A DNA stretch of 64,000 nucleotides from Flavobacteriales bacterium (GTDB taxonomy: Bacteria > Bacteroidota > Bacteroidia > CAIKAF01). The notes beneath the pieces are model-generated. The model saw only the letters and a list, made by a program, of their open reading frames with translations, was not told the origin of the DNA and made no database searches. Shown in pieces: positions 1 through 10,370 of this stretch. Position numbers and translations under genes: made by a program. Where the stretch lies: contig JANWWQ010000006.1 of NCBI GenBank assembly GCA_025055635.1, positions 1,116 to 65,115 of the forward strand. Direction: 5' to 3'. The first letter of the stretch is position 1; each line of letters begins with the position of its first letter.

Positions 1-725
1 GGCAGAATCTTCACGCGCCAGTTCACCCCGGCCACGCCAGTGTTGTTGTTGCCCACTGCGCCAATGATACCGGCCACATGGGTGCCATGGTTGTCGCTTT
101 GCAAAGTCCCTGAATTGGTATAGGCATTCCAGCCATTAATGTCGTCCACATACCCATTCTGGTCGTCGTCTATGCCATTGCCCGCAATCTCATTGTAGTT
201 TCGGAACATGTTGGCCTGGAGGTCGGGATGATTTACCTGAAAACCACCATCAATTACAGCTACGACGATGGTATCATTCTGGACAGTCCACCCCCCCGTC
301 GTGATATCCCACGCTTCCACTGCGTCAATGTCTGCATCTGGTGTGCCGCCGTTTTGACCTGTGTTATGCATGCTCCACTGCTGGGTGGCAAAGTTGGGAT
401 CATTGGGGGTGGCCCTCAGGGATACCTTGTGGTTGTACTGGGCCAGCAAAATGCCTTCTGTTCTTTTGAGCAGAGGCAAATAATCTGCATTGGCTGAGTT
501 TTTGATCAGATAAATGCGGTAATCGGCTGATAGCACCCGATCCAGGAGCCAGCCTGGTACCTGAGCTTCCAACTGGGCCAGCACTGTGTGGGGATCATGC
601 CGGTGGTCCATCACAACGATGTACTCTCCGGGAATGGCATCCGGATCCGAGCCCACCTGCCCTTGGCTCAGCAAGGGGCGTATCAGGAGACTTGTTAAAA
701 AAATAAAGAGATGGCTTTGTTTCAT
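1..725 (-). CDS. S8 (subtilisin-like) serine peptidase, secreted; 5' part only, runs off the window edge
   Basis: Manual translation from ATG at 725: MKQSHLFIFL signal peptide, then VVAVIDGG (catalytic Asp), NGIDDDQNGYVDDINGWN and HGTHVAG (catalytic His). Missing from the ORF track because it is truncated. Confidence 0.9.
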   Translation of the reverse strand, partial: MKQSHLFIFLTSLLIRPLLSQGQVGSDPDAIPGEYIVVMDHRHDPHTVLAQLEAQVPGWLLDRVLSADYRIYLIKNSANADYLPLLKRTEGILLAQYNHKVSLRATPNDPNFATQQWSMHNTGQNGGTPDADIDAVEAWDITTGGWTVQNDTIVVAVIDGGFQVNHPDLQANMFRNYNEIAGNGIDDDQNGYVDDINGWNAYTNSGTLQSDNHGTHVAGIIGAVGNNNTGVAGVNWRVKIL

Positions 726-727
726 GG

Positions 728-1591
728 TTATTTTGACATTATTTCCTGTTCAATAGTTTCGGAACGCGCCCACAGGGCTTCTTGTAAATTTAGATTCAAA
801 ACTAAGGGGTGTGGTTGTTTTTCTCGGCAGTTAGAGTAATACTTACCTCCCTTCTCAATACCATCAGGGGCTGTAGCTAGAAAAACAGGCGTTCGTGCCC
901 CGGCTTCCACCGAAATACCCTTAAATCTGGTAAATAGCCACCAAGCTACTCTCCCCGGAATATGGCTATGTTTATATCCGATACCTGTACGCACAACACC
1001 AGGGTGCAGGCTATTGGCCCTAATGCCCTCCTGCCCGTAACGACGATCTAAGGCATTGGCAAAGAGGATGTTCATCATTTTGGTGTTGGCATATTGGCGT
1101 AAGGCCGAATAGCCCTTTTTGGCCTGAAGGTCGTCCAGGTCCAAGCGTGCACTGTAATGACTATGGGAGGAAACCATTACCACCCTCCCTCCTCCATTTT
1201 GACGTAGTAGCGGAATCAAGCGCCTTACCAAAACAAAGGGCGCCATGTGGTTCAGGGCAAAGGTGTATTCCAAACCCTCGGAGGTCTCCTGACGGCGGGT
1301 GTATACTGCGCCCGAATTACTGATTATAACATCTAACCTTACCAAATCCCTTAATAACTGATTAGCCAGGCGTTCGGCTTCCTTCACAAGGGTTAGTTCC
1401 GCTACATAACCACGGTGCTCCCTGCGGGGATTCACTGTTTGCAACGCATCCAGGGTGGCACGGACTTTTTGCTCGTTGCGACCTGTGAAAATCACCTCAA
1501 AATCCTTAACAGCCAACTGCAGAGCCGTCTGATAACCAATGCCAGAAGTAGCCCCGGTTATAAATACCACTGGAGGGCTAGCTTTACTCAC
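728..1591 (-). CDS. Short-chain dehydrogenase/reductase (retinol dehydrogenase-like)
   Basis: TGATSGIG, YANTK (YxxxK), LHPGVVRT. The track's TTG start at 1600 lies inside a CACATTTG promoter-like motif, so GTG at 1591 is preferred. Confidence 0.88.
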   Translation of the reverse strand: MSKASPPVVFITGATSGIGYQTALQLAVKDFEVIFTGRNEQKVRATLDALQTVNPRREHRGYVAELTLVKEAERLANQLLRDLVRLDVIISNSGAVYTRRQETSEGLEYTFALNHMAPFVLVRRLIPLLRQNGGGRVVMVSSHSHYSARLDLDDLQAKKGYSALRQYANTKMMNILFANALDRRYGQEGIRANSLHPGVVRTGIGYKHSHIPGRVAWWLFTRFKGISVEAGARTPVFLATAPDGIEKGGKYYSNCREKQPHPLVLNLNLQEALWARSETIEQEIMSK

Positions 1592-1725
1592 AATATGCAA
1601 ATGTGGTCAAATTTATCAATTCTTTTTGCTAGATAATTTTTTTTCCAGTTCCCTTGCGCAGCAGAGGAAGGAACATTGGTCACCACTATTTGCCTTGTTC
1701 CATTGAGAGTACCGGTTTATTCTTT

Positions 1726-2913
1726 TCAGAACGGATTATCGTCCAAATCCCTAATGGCCTGCAGGAGGCCTTGACACACAGTATGAAGGCATTGTTCATC
1801 CAGCTGTTCAAGGGTATCGCGCCGGGTATGGTACGTAGGATGGAGACGATCCAGTGGGAGCCCCACAAGAGTAAGACTGGGATAGCCAGCCCTAGCAAAT
1901 GAGGCGCCATCCGTAGCCCCAATTAGCAGGGGTCCAGTGCCTGTCTGTATACCTACTTTCTCAAAGGAGGCTCTCACTCGTTGAATGAGTTCTTTGTGAT
2001 GCCTCACCCAAATACTGGGCTCAGCGGTGATAAAATTCAGGTGATCCTTTAAAAGGATACCATCCAAATTAAGATTTATTATCTGTCCCTCCGGAAAGTA
2101 ATGAAGAGCTTGACGGACAAAATAATGTGATCCGCGCAGGCCGGTTTCTTCTGCACCAAAGGAAGCCAGCACCAGCCGCGAACGGCGCAGAGGACCATTG
2201 CGGGCCATCCCTTCAAAAACGGCAAGAGCACAGGCTACTCCCGAAAGATTGTCCTGAGCACCGGGGACAACCCTGCGGCCATGAATGAACACAAACGGGA
2301 CACCACCGGCCGCCGCCAGGCTATATAGAATCCCGCTGAATAGGAGGTGGGGACCGGAAAAGGAGATTTGACCCAATAATAAGATCAGCAGATGAAGGGG
2401 CCAAAGGATTAGAAGGGCACCGCTCAAAACCATCCAAGAAGCCGAAAATTGGCCTAAAAGGTACCACCATATAAATTCCGGTGTGCTGTCCATGTGGCCT
2501 GAAAGTATGATGGTCTGGCATGGTGGTTCCAGAGGTTCTAGAGAAGCAAATACATTGAGGGAGCTATGGCGACGATAAAGGAAATCCAGGATGTGACGGT
2601 AAGAGACAAAATGCAGGAAGAATGCTACAGCCGTAGGAAAAGCCAGGCTAAAGGCCGCAAAAGGCGAATTACCGAAAAAAGCCAGCCCGAGTGAGAGCCA
2701 AAACAGAGGCCAAATGAGCCGAGAAGAGGCAAATTTGGCCCGCAAAGGAGCCCGGAATTCTTGAAGCTTGACATTAACACCCGGAATATCAGATAGGTAG
2801 GCGGCCAACCATTCTTGAGCCTGTCGTTCCGCAGGGCTTCCCGCTCTACGAGGACCAAATCGGTTGAGTATTTTGTGTACAAACCCCAAAGGGTTTGGAA
2901 GTGTATCAACCAT
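1726..2913 (-). CDS. M28 family metallopeptidase with internal transmembrane segments
   Basis: SGHMDS, PGAQDNLSG, GAEETGLRGS, NLDG and YHTRRD motifs; hydrophobic inserts. Confidence 0.8.
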   Translation of the reverse strand: MVDTLPNPLGFVHKILNRFGPRRAGSPAERQAQEWLAAYLSDIPGVNVKLQEFRAPLRAKFASSRLIWPLFWLSLGLAFFGNSPFAAFSLAFPTAVAFFLHFVSYRHILDFLYRRHSSLNVFASLEPLEPPCQTIILSGHMDSTPEFIWWYLLGQFSASWMVLSGALLILWPLHLLILLLGQISFSGPHLLFSGILYSLAAAGGVPFVFIHGRRVVPGAQDNLSGVACALAVFEGMARNGPLRRSRLVLASFGAEETGLRGSHYFVRQALHYFPEGQIINLNLDGILLKDHLNFITAEPSIWVRHHKELIQRVRASFEKVGIQTGTGPLLIGATDGASFARAGYPSLTLVGLPLDRLHPTYHTRRDTLEQLDEQCLHTVCQGLLQAIRDLDDNPF

Positions 2914-3922
2914 TTAGAAATGATTCCGCATGACGTACCATGGCTGCACTCCCGATAAAGAGCGGACAGCGCTGATGAAGAGTATCGGGTTTCAATTCCA
3001 GTACGGAACGGTTCCCATCCGAGGCTCGGCCTCCAGCCTGCTCACATATAAAACCAAGAGGAGCACACTCATAAAGCAGGCGTAGCTTACCCTGAGGATC
3101 TTTGGCCGTAGCAGGGTAAAGGTAAATACCACCCTTGAGGAGGTTGCGATGAAAATCAGCCACTAAAGAACCGATGTACCGCGCTGTGTGAACTTTGCCA
3201 GCTGGGTTGTTTTTCGTTTTGCAGGAAGCAAGATAATTTTTAACTCCTTCGGGCATATCGTTCAAGTTGGCTTCGTTGACTGAGTAAATACTGCCCACCT
3301 CAGGAGTGCGTATTTCAGGGTGTGAAAGGCAATATTCTCCCAGCGAAGGATCCAGCGTGAAACCGTTGACGCTTTGACCCGTAGTGAACACCAGCATGGT
3401 GCTGCTTCCGTAAAGCACGTAACCGGCTGCCACGAGCTCCTTGCCGGGCCTCAGGAAATCCTTTTCGGTCACCAACTTACCGGGCTCGTCCACCCGGAAA
3501 ACGGCGAAAATAGTTCCAATAGAAACATTCACATCAATATTTGATGAACCATCCAGAGGATCCAGGGCCACGATGTAGCGGGCCCCCCGTTGACGACCTC
3601 CTTCGAAACACACGATGCCTTCCAACTCTTCAGAAGCCGCTGCTAAGCAGTGCCCGCCAACTTCCAAAGCCGCCAGGAATTGTTCATTGGCAAACACATC
3701 CAGCTTCATCTGGGTGTCCCCGCTGACATTAGCCGAGCCCTCGGTGCCCAGGATATTCACAAGTCCGGCTTTGTTCACTTCCCTGTGGACAATTTTGGAC
3801 GCCAGGATCAAATCCATCAACAGGCCCGAAAATTCTCCTGTGGCCACACCCGTGAGCTTTTCCTGGCGCCGGATGAACTCGTTCACTGTGATGATGCTGC
3901 GGAGTTTTTGGGGTTGTTCCAT
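2906..3922 (-). CDS. fbp: Fructose-1,6-bisphosphatase class 1
   Basis: DPLDGSSNIDVN, RYIGSLVADFHRNL, GKLRLLYEC. Confidence 0.96.
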   Translation of the reverse strand: MEQPQKLRSIITVNEFIRRQEKLTGVATGEFSGLLMDLILASKIVHREVNKAGLVNILGTEGSANVSGDTQMKLDVFANEQFLAALEVGGHCLAAASEELEGIVCFEGGRQRGARYIVALDPLDGSSNIDVNVSIGTIFAVFRVDEPGKLVTEKDFLRPGKELVAAGYVLYGSSTMLVFTTGQSVNGFTLDPSLGEYCLSHPEIRTPEVGSIYSVNEANLNDMPEGVKNYLASCKTKNNPAGKVHTARYIGSLVADFHRNLLKGGIYLYPATAKDPQGKLRLLYECAPLGFICEQAGGRASDGNRSVLELKPDTLHQRCPLFIGSAAMVRHAESFLNG

Positions 3923-4022
3923 ACCAAATACCGGGCAAATTTACCCGATGCCTCTTTTAACCAGAGGGCCTTGTATGGTCCCTTTAGTTACGTTTTTTTC
4001 TAAACTAACCCGCTCCTCAAAC

Positions 4023-4030
4023 TACCTTTG
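4023..4030 (+). promoter_or_regulatory. Bacteroidota sigma-A -7 element (TACCTTTG) of ruvB
   Basis: Matches TAnnTTTG; 6 nt upstream of GTG at 4037. Confidence 0.7.
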
Positions 4031-4036
4031 CTTTCT

Positions 4037-5086
4037 GTGGGCAGCCTAAGAAATAGCCACAGCGCCATACGAAATACCAGTGTGCAGGACAAAGAATTTG
4101 AAAAAGAGTTACGGCCTCTAACTTTTGATGAGTTTGCTGGTCAGGAGAAGATTTTGGAGAATCTGAAAATTTTTGCCCGGGCGGCCGTTCAACGTAAGGA
4201 AGCTTTAGATCACGTGCTTCTACATGGACCTCCAGGATTAGGAAAAACAACGCTTGCCCACATTTTAGCCCGGGAAATGGGTGTTCAAATCAGGGTAACC
4301 AGCGGGCCGGTTCTTGAAAAACCGGGCGACCTTGCAGGCCTCCTTACCAACTTAGAAAAGGGGGATATTCTCTTTATTGACGAGATCCATCGGCTCAGTG
4401 CGGTAGTAGAAGAGTACCTCTACTCGGCTATGGAGGATTACAAGATTGATATCATGATAGACAGTGGGCCTAATGCCCGTTCGGTTCAGATTGGTTTAAA
4501 TCCCTTCACCCTAATAGGAGCCACCACGCGTTCCGGATTGTTAACGGCCCCCTTAAGAGCGCGGTTCGGTATCACAGCCCGCTTAGAATACTATCCTGCT
4601 GATACTTTGAAACGCATTGTCATGCGCTCTGCCTCTATCCTGAAGACACCCATCACCGAGGAGGCCGCCATGGAAATTGCCCGTCGCAGCCGGGGCACTC
4701 CTAGGATTGCCAATGCCTTGTTGCGTCGGGTGCGGGACTTCGCCCAAATAAAAGGCGATGGCACCATCACCCAGGAAATAGCTGCCATGGCCTTAAAGGC
4801 CCTCCATGTGGACACATATGGCCTGGACGACATGGACCACAAAATTCTCACCACTATTATTGATAAGTTTGGTGGAGGGCCGGTGGGTATCAATACCATA
4901 GCCACAGCAGTGAGTGAGGAGGCCGGCACTATAGAGGAAGTGTATGAACCCTACTTAATTCAAGAAGGTTTCCTGATACGTACGCCCCGCGGTCGAGTAG
5001 CGTCGGAAAAAGCCTACCGCCACTTGGGACGCAGTTTTTCGGGAGTGGGCCCCACACTATTTGACAGTGCCCCAGAAGCTCCATGA
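4037..5086 (+). CDS. ruvB: Holliday junction branch migration helicase RuvB
   Basis: [30 protein letters not shown]. Start moved to GTG 4037, downstream of the promoter. Confidence 0.97.
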   Translation: MGSLRNSHSAIRNTSVQDKEFEKELRPLTFDEFAGQEKILENLKIFARAAVQRKEALDHVLLHGPPGLGKTTLAHILAREMGVQIRVTSGPVLEKPGDLAGLLTNLEKGDILFIDEIHRLSAVVEEYLYSAMEDYKIDIMIDSGPNARSVQIGLNPFTLIGATTRSGLLTAPLRARFGITARLEYYPADTLKRIVMRSASILKTPITEEAAMEIARRSRGTPRIANALLRRVRDFAQIKGDGTITQEIAAMALKALHVDTYGLDDMDHKILTTIIDKFGGGPVGINTIATAVSEEAGTIEEVYEPYLIQEGFLIRTPRGRVASEKAYRHLGRSFSGVGPTLFDSAPEAP

Positions 5087-6192
5087 ATTCAAATCCGGTG
5101 TTTGTAAGGGCGTCATCCCTGCTAACACCCTACGGTCTGGGGGTGGACAGAGCCCTGGAAGCTATGTGGGCAGGCCTGTTGGGAGTGCGCCCTGTGGCTA
5201 CGCACTATGGCGTTTTTTCTTTAGGATGCGTGGAGGGGGGATGGTGCATAACACCTCAGGATGGGAAAGCCCTCGCTCGCTGGGAAACCATGTTGTGGTA
5301 TGTGGCCAAAGAAGCCACTGAGGGACTACGGCCTGCTGATCCGGCGCGAGCTGCCATAGTGGTGGCTTCCACCAAAGGTAATATACGTCATTGGCCGGCC
5401 TCGCAGGCACGCAGGCCTTACCTCCACGAAGGTGCTCACTGGTTGCGAGACAACCTATGGCCAGGAGCTCAGGTCTTCACAATATCCATGGCCTGCATCT
5501 CTGGTCTGGCAGCGGTGGATTTTGCCTGTCGCTTGATACGCCAGAAGCTATGCAGCGACGTGTTGGTGGTGGCTGCCGATGAACTCACAGAATTTGTTGT
5601 TGCTGGATTTAGCGCTCTAAAAGCCCTCTCTCATCAACCTTGCCGCCCCTATGACAAGCACCGCGACGGCATTAACCTGGCTGAAGCTGCGGCAGCATTG
5701 TGGCTCACTGACCAGCCATGCCCTGGCCCCTCTTTAGGCGCTTCAGCCGTGGCCCATGACGGGGTCCACATTTCAGCTCCGGACCGACATGGTTCAGGCT
5801 TGGCAGCGGCTATCCGTTCGGTGCTAGAGGCTGAAGAAATTCTGCCTAGCGAGATAAGCTTTGTGTCGGCTCACGGCACCGCCACCTTATACAACGACGA
5901 TATGGAAAGCACAGCTCTGGCCCAGTTAGGCTTGAGCGAAGTCCCTCTCCACAGCTTAAAGGGATTTTTGGGTCATAGTCTAGGGGCAGCGGCCTTGGTA
6001 GAACTGGTAATTGTTCTTCGGGCCATGACCCGCCGCCTTATGCCTGCTTCTGCTGGTTTCACAGAACCTGGCACCCTTCACCCTCTCCACGTGGTCACAG
6101 AGAATTATCCATTAAATGAAAATAGGCCCCTAGTGCTCAAAACTTCTTCTGGCTTTGGAGGCTGTAATGCAGCCATCGTAGTAAAAGGGTAA
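5083..6192 (+). CDS. Beta-ketoacyl-ACP synthase family protein (FabB/FabF-like; aryl polyene/flexirubin-type)
   Basis: Cys-His-His triad: MACISG, HGTAT, GHSLGA; C-terminal SGFGGCN. Confidence 0.85.
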   Translation: MNSNPVFVRASSLLTPYGLGVDRALEAMWAGLLGVRPVATHYGVFSLGCVEGGWCITPQDGKALARWETMLWYVAKEATEGLRPADPARAAIVVASTKGNIRHWPASQARRPYLHEGAHWLRDNLWPGAQVFTISMACISGLAAVDFACRLIRQKLCSDVLVVAADELTEFVVAGFSALKALSHQPCRPYDKHRDGINLAEAAAALWLTDQPCPGPSLGASAVAHDGVHISAPDRHGSGLAAAIRSVLEAEEILPSEISFVSAHGTATLYNDDMESTALAQLGLSEVPLHSLKGFLGHSLGAAALVELVIVLRAMTRRLMPASAGFTEPGTLHPLHVVTENYPLNENRPLVLKTSSGFGGCNAAIVVKG

Positions 6193-6522
6193 GATTATAA
6201 ATTACTTATTGAATCTTATAAGTAATTTTTTATCCATTTACAAAAATTACTTTTTTTAAGTCACCATTTTATTCAACCTAACACATCAAAATCCCATTCC
6301 ATCTTTAAATTTTAATGTAATTACTTACAATCATTCAATCATAAGGTTTTTTCCAAATATGGAAAAATTACCTAAAAAATTCAGAACTCCCCGATTATCT
6401 CTTTTGCTTTCTTAAGAGGCACAACGGAAAGCCTTCCGGTATGAAACTGAATAAAATTCGCAAACATTGAACCTCTCAATGAATATCATATCAATGTTAA
6501 CAGGTTGGTGGAGACCATCTTT

Positions 6523-7773
6523 CTATGCATTTTTAAGGATACACCTCCGCAACAAGTCCAGAGCAAACAGTCGCGTCATCTGGATATTGCGGAGTCGTTG
6601 ATTGCCCAACAAGAGGTGACGGTGAGTCACGAAGCCCTCTGGGCCCGCAACGCCCACGTACACGGTCCCCACGGGCTTTTCAGGCGACCCCCCGTCGGGG
6701 CCCGCGATTCCCGTGGCTGACACCGCCCAGTCGGATTGAAATACCTTGCGGGCACCCACAGCCATGGCCTCAGCTACAGGTGCACTCACTGCGCCGTGAG
6801 CCTCCAGCAGCTGGCTAGGTACCCCCAGAAGTGCTGTTTTAGCCTGGTTAGAATATGTAACGGCGCTACCAAGGAAAAAACGGGAACTGCCAGGAATAGA
6901 TGTGATTCCATGGGCTAAGAAGCCACCCGTACAACTTTCGGCCATAGCAAGGGTGAGATTTCTATCCACACACAGATCAAAGACTGTCTGCTCCATGGAT
7001 TGATCGCTCCATGCATAGAGGCTTTCGCCTAGTATCGGCTGGGTTTTTAGAGCTAATTCTCGCATCTTGGCGAGCATGCCGGTATGGCCTGGCTGGGCAC
7101 TGAGCCGAAGCCTTACCATCCCGGGCGAAGGTAGGTAGGCCAACTTAACCCAGGAGGGTAAAGCAGCTTCCCAATCCTTTAATTTCAGCATGAGCTCTGA
7201 TTCGGGAATACCCACAGTGCAAAAAGTAAAATGCTCTATGGGAGGGAGCTGGAAACGTTCCTGCAAATAAGGAATCACGTCTTTCTCAAGCATGTCTTCC
7301 ATTTCGTGGGGTACACCAGGTAGGGAAAAAATCACTGTTCCCTCCTTTTCAAAGCGCATCCCAGGAGCCGTCCCATGAAAATTTTGGAGCACCGTGGCGC
7401 AATTGGGCACATAGGCCTGCGTCCTGTTAGCTTCATTGATTGACCGACCTCGGGCCGATAAATACCTTTCCAATTGGGCATACACTTCAGGATTGAATTC
7501 AAGCTGGCACCCGAAAAATTCGGCTAAAGTGGTTTTGGTGATATCATCACGGGTTGGGCCCAGCCCCCCCGTAAGTATCAAAACTTGCACCCGCCCCACG
7601 GCATACAGTAAAGCGTTACGGATGGCTTGTGGATCGTCGCCGATACTGTATTTAGCCGCAACACGTATTCCAATTTGGTTGAGACGACGGGCAATGGTGG
7701 CTGAATTGGTGTCCACCACTTGGCCTATCATTATTTCGTCACCGATGGTTACAATGTCTGCTTCAACGTGCAT
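6523..7773 (-). CDS. cinA: CinA family competence/damage-inducible protein (MoCF-binding domain plus NMN deamidase PncC)
   Basis: IGDEIMIGQVVDTN, GGLGPTRDD, AESCTGG, TGIAGPDGG. Confidence 0.93.
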   Translation of the reverse strand: MHVEADIVTIGDEIMIGQVVDTNSATIARRLNQIGIRVAAKYSIGDDPQAIRNALLYAVGRVQVLILTGGLGPTRDDITKTTLAEFFGCQLEFNPEVYAQLERYLSARGRSINEANRTQAYVPNCATVLQNFHGTAPGMRFEKEGTVIFSLPGVPHEMEDMLEKDVIPYLQERFQLPPIEHFTFCTVGIPESELMLKLKDWEAALPSWVKLAYLPSPGMVRLRLSAQPGHTGMLAKMRELALKTQPILGESLYAWSDQSMEQTVFDLCVDRNLTLAMAESCTGGFLAHGITSIPGSSRFFLGSAVTYSNQAKTALLGVPSQLLEAHGAVSAPVAEAMAVGARKVFQSDWAVSATGIAGPDGGSPEKPVGTVYVGVAGPEGFVTHRHLLLGNQRLRNIQMTRLFALDLLRRCILKNA

Positions 7774-7784
7774 AGGATAGTAGA

Positions 7785-8885
7785 TTAAGTATGATCACCA
7801 TTTAACTTTGATTGAGAATAAAGGGCTAAAAGCCGATGAAAATAATGTGTCCCGGTTTCCATTGTCGGGGAATACCGGCCACTTTGATACAGACGAGAGC
7901 GGATACCCTTTTGCACCATCTCCACTATGGCTTGATCTTCCAATTCCACTCGGTGTAGCTCGGCTCCTGCACCCTGACCCAATCTTTCTGGGCGATTAAC
8001 GAAGGTGTAATAATACACCAAGGTAAAATCTATGGTTTGAGGTACCACTACGTTCAATGACAGGCCCCACGGGTAGAAGTTGAACATAATGTGGGGAAAA
8101 ACCCAGAAATAAAAGGCTGCTGGTCGCTGACCTCTTTCGTCTGATGGCAGCTCCTGAAAACCTTCTTCTGCTTTACGGGCGGGGGCTGTCTGCAGCACCA
8201 TGTGGTCCAATATTTCCACCGAATACTGTCCGAAATCCAGAGCGGAATGCAGGCCTTTATGCACAAAGGGAATGTGAAACCCTTCCAGATAATTTTCTAC
8301 ATAAAGCGCCCAATGAGCTTTCACCTGATAGACGACCGATAAGTCGGGACGTGGCTGAAGCTGCTCCCAGGGCCACCAGGCCATGCGATCCAACAAAGGC
8401 CCCATCACTTGCCTGAATGAGCACTCTGATGCCAACGAAGAAAACAACAAAGGACCTAAACGCTCCAAAGGCAGACGGGCCAAATTGTCAGTGGCCCCCG
8501 GAAAGTTTTTGGCTTCCTGGAATAAGGGCATGGACAGAAGGGATCCATCCAAACTGAAACGACGGCCGTGATAGGGACATACCACCTCACGAGCCCGGCA
8601 AGGCTCTCTAACCAAAATGCTGCCCCTGTGCGTGCACACATTGCTGAGTAAAAAGAGTTGGCCATCTGTATTGCGGCTCAAAAAAAGAGCTTCATCCAAA
8701 AATCCCGGCATTAGCACCAAAGGATGGAGGGAACCCGGCTGAGGACATTGTTGCTCAAAGCCTACATAATGCCAGGCCTTTAAAAAGACAGTTTCACGCA
8801 GGTGATGCAAAGCTTGAACATCTCGGTAATAGGTTGCGGGAAGCGTGCGGGCCTCCCGGATATCTTGCGCCACGTGGTAGGCCAT
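7785..8885 (-). CDS. Rieske non-heme iron oxygenase alpha subunit (choline monooxygenase-like)
   Basis: CTHRG...CPYHG Rieske motif; ENYLEGFHIPFVH iron site; EDQAIVEMVQKG. Confidence 0.9.
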   Translation of the reverse strand: MAYHVAQDIREARTLPATYYRDVQALHHLRETVFLKAWHYVGFEQQCPQPGSLHPLVLMPGFLDEALFLSRNTDGQLFLLSNVCTHRGSILVREPCRAREVVCPYHGRRFSLDGSLLSMPLFQEAKNFPGATDNLARLPLERLGPLLFSSLASECSFRQVMGPLLDRMAWWPWEQLQPRPDLSVVYQVKAHWALYVENYLEGFHIPFVHKGLHSALDFGQYSVEILDHMVLQTAPARKAEEGFQELPSDERGQRPAAFYFWVFPHIMFNFYPWGLSLNVVVPQTIDFTLVYYYTFVNRPERLGQGAGAELHRVELEDQAIVEMVQKGIRSRLYQSGRYSPTMETGTHYFHRLLALYSQSKLNGDHT

Positions 8886-9052
8886 AAAGCAAAGATGTAT
8901 AAGTCCAATTTAATTATGATTTTAAAGCATTGAAAGAGCAGAAAAATCAAAGAAATAATTTCGAAAAAAATAGGTAGAGACTTTCTGAACGCAACAAAGC
9001 AAAAGGAAGGATTGCGCGACCCGCTGGTTACTTTTGTTTCGCAAATAATCCC

Positions 9053-10360
9053 ATGAGCTACTTTGAGATAGAAGGCGGTCATACGCTCCGTGGCAACGTG
9101 GAACCTCAGGGGGCCAAAAACGAAGCCCTGCAGGTATTGTGTGCGGTCTTACTAACCGATGAGGAAGTAATCATTGAAAACATACCTGAAATCCTGGATG
9201 TGCAGAAATTAATAGAAATCATCGCCGATATGGGGGTTGTGGTGAAAAAGCTACATGAAGGGGTATACAGCTTCTGCAGTAAAGATTTGAACGTTGAGTA
9301 CATTTATTCTGATGCTTTCTTGGACAAGGCGTCGCGATTGCGAGGATCAGTAATGCTCCTGGGTCCTATGTTAGCCCGGTATGGCAAGGGGTTTATTCCT
9401 AAGCCCGGCGGCGACAAGATTGGCCGGCGTCGGCTAGATACTCACTTTTTAGGCTTCCGCCAGCTGGGTGCCGAATTTCAGTACGACGACGTGCGGCAGA
9501 CATACACCGTGACAGCCCGTCGTTTGAAGGGAGCCTTTGTGTACATGGAAGAAATCTCTGTGACGGGAACAGCCAACATCATCATGGCTTCTGTGCTGGC
9601 CGAAGGCACCACCACCATCTATAATGCGGCGTGCGAACCCTACGTGCAGCAGCTATGCCGCATGTTGCAAGCCATGGGCGCCCGTATTGAAGGAATAGGT
9701 TCTAATCTCCTCACAATCCACGGCGTAGAAAGACTGGGTGGATGCCGTCACCGATTGCTGCCCGATATGATCGAAGTGGGCAGCTTTATTGGGATGGCCG
9801 CCCTCACCCAATCAGAAATCACAATTACCAACGCTGGCGTGGATCACTTGGGAATCATACCCCGCACCTTTGAGAAACTGGGTATTATAATTGTTCGTAA
9901 CGGCGATAATCTAATCATACCTTCTCAAAAAAATTATACTATTGATACTTTTATAGATGGTTCCATACTGACCATATACGACGCTCCTTGGCCAGGTTTC
10001 ACACCCGATCTTATCAGTATTGTGCTAGTGACGGCCATCCAAGCCAAAGGCAGCGTCCTTGTGCACCAGAAAATGTTTGAAAGCCGGCTTTTTTTTGTTG
10101 ATAAGCTCATTGATATGGGAGCCCAGATCATTCTCTGCGATCCCCACCGAGCTACAGTCATAGGATTAGACCGACGTTACCCGTTGCGGGGGATCACTAT
10201 GAGTTCCCCTGATATCCGAGCCGGTGTAGCCTTGCTCATGGCCGCCCTGAGCGCAGAGGGTCGTAGCATCATCCACAATATTGATCAGATAGACCGCGGT
10301 TACGAACGGATTGATGAGCGCCTAAACGCTTTGGGGGCTAGAATTAAAAGGCATAACTAA
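9053..10360 (+). CDS. murA: UDP-N-acetylglucosamine 1-carboxyvinyltransferase
   Basis: GAKNEAL, PGGDKIGRR (Asp at the Cys115-equivalent position, the fosfomycin-insensitive type), PWPGFTPD, DIRAG. Confidence 0.96.
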   Translation: MSYFEIEGGHTLRGNVEPQGAKNEALQVLCAVLLTDEEVIIENIPEILDVQKLIEIIADMGVVVKKLHEGVYSFCSKDLNVEYIYSDAFLDKASRLRGSVMLLGPMLARYGKGFIPKPGGDKIGRRRLDTHFLGFRQLGAEFQYDDVRQTYTVTARRLKGAFVYMEEISVTGTANIIMASVLAEGTTTIYNAACEPYVQQLCRMLQAMGARIEGIGSNLLTIHGVERLGGCRHRLLPDMIEVGSFIGMAALTQSEITITNAGVDHLGIIPRTFEKLGIIIVRNGDNLIIPSQKNYTIDTFIDGSILTIYDAPWPGFTPDLISIVLVTAIQAKGSVLVHQKMFESRLFFVDKLIDMGAQIILCDPHRATVIGLDRRYPLRGITMSSPDIRAGVALLMAALSAEGRSIIHNIDQIDRGYERIDERLNALGARIKRHN

Positions 10361-10370
10361 AGCCCTCCGC

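Noticed and set aside
9053-10360. MurA Cys-to-Asp fosfomycin-insensitive variant; largely zinc-free L31/L32/L33
   Set aside because: Common in Bacteroidota, so not novel
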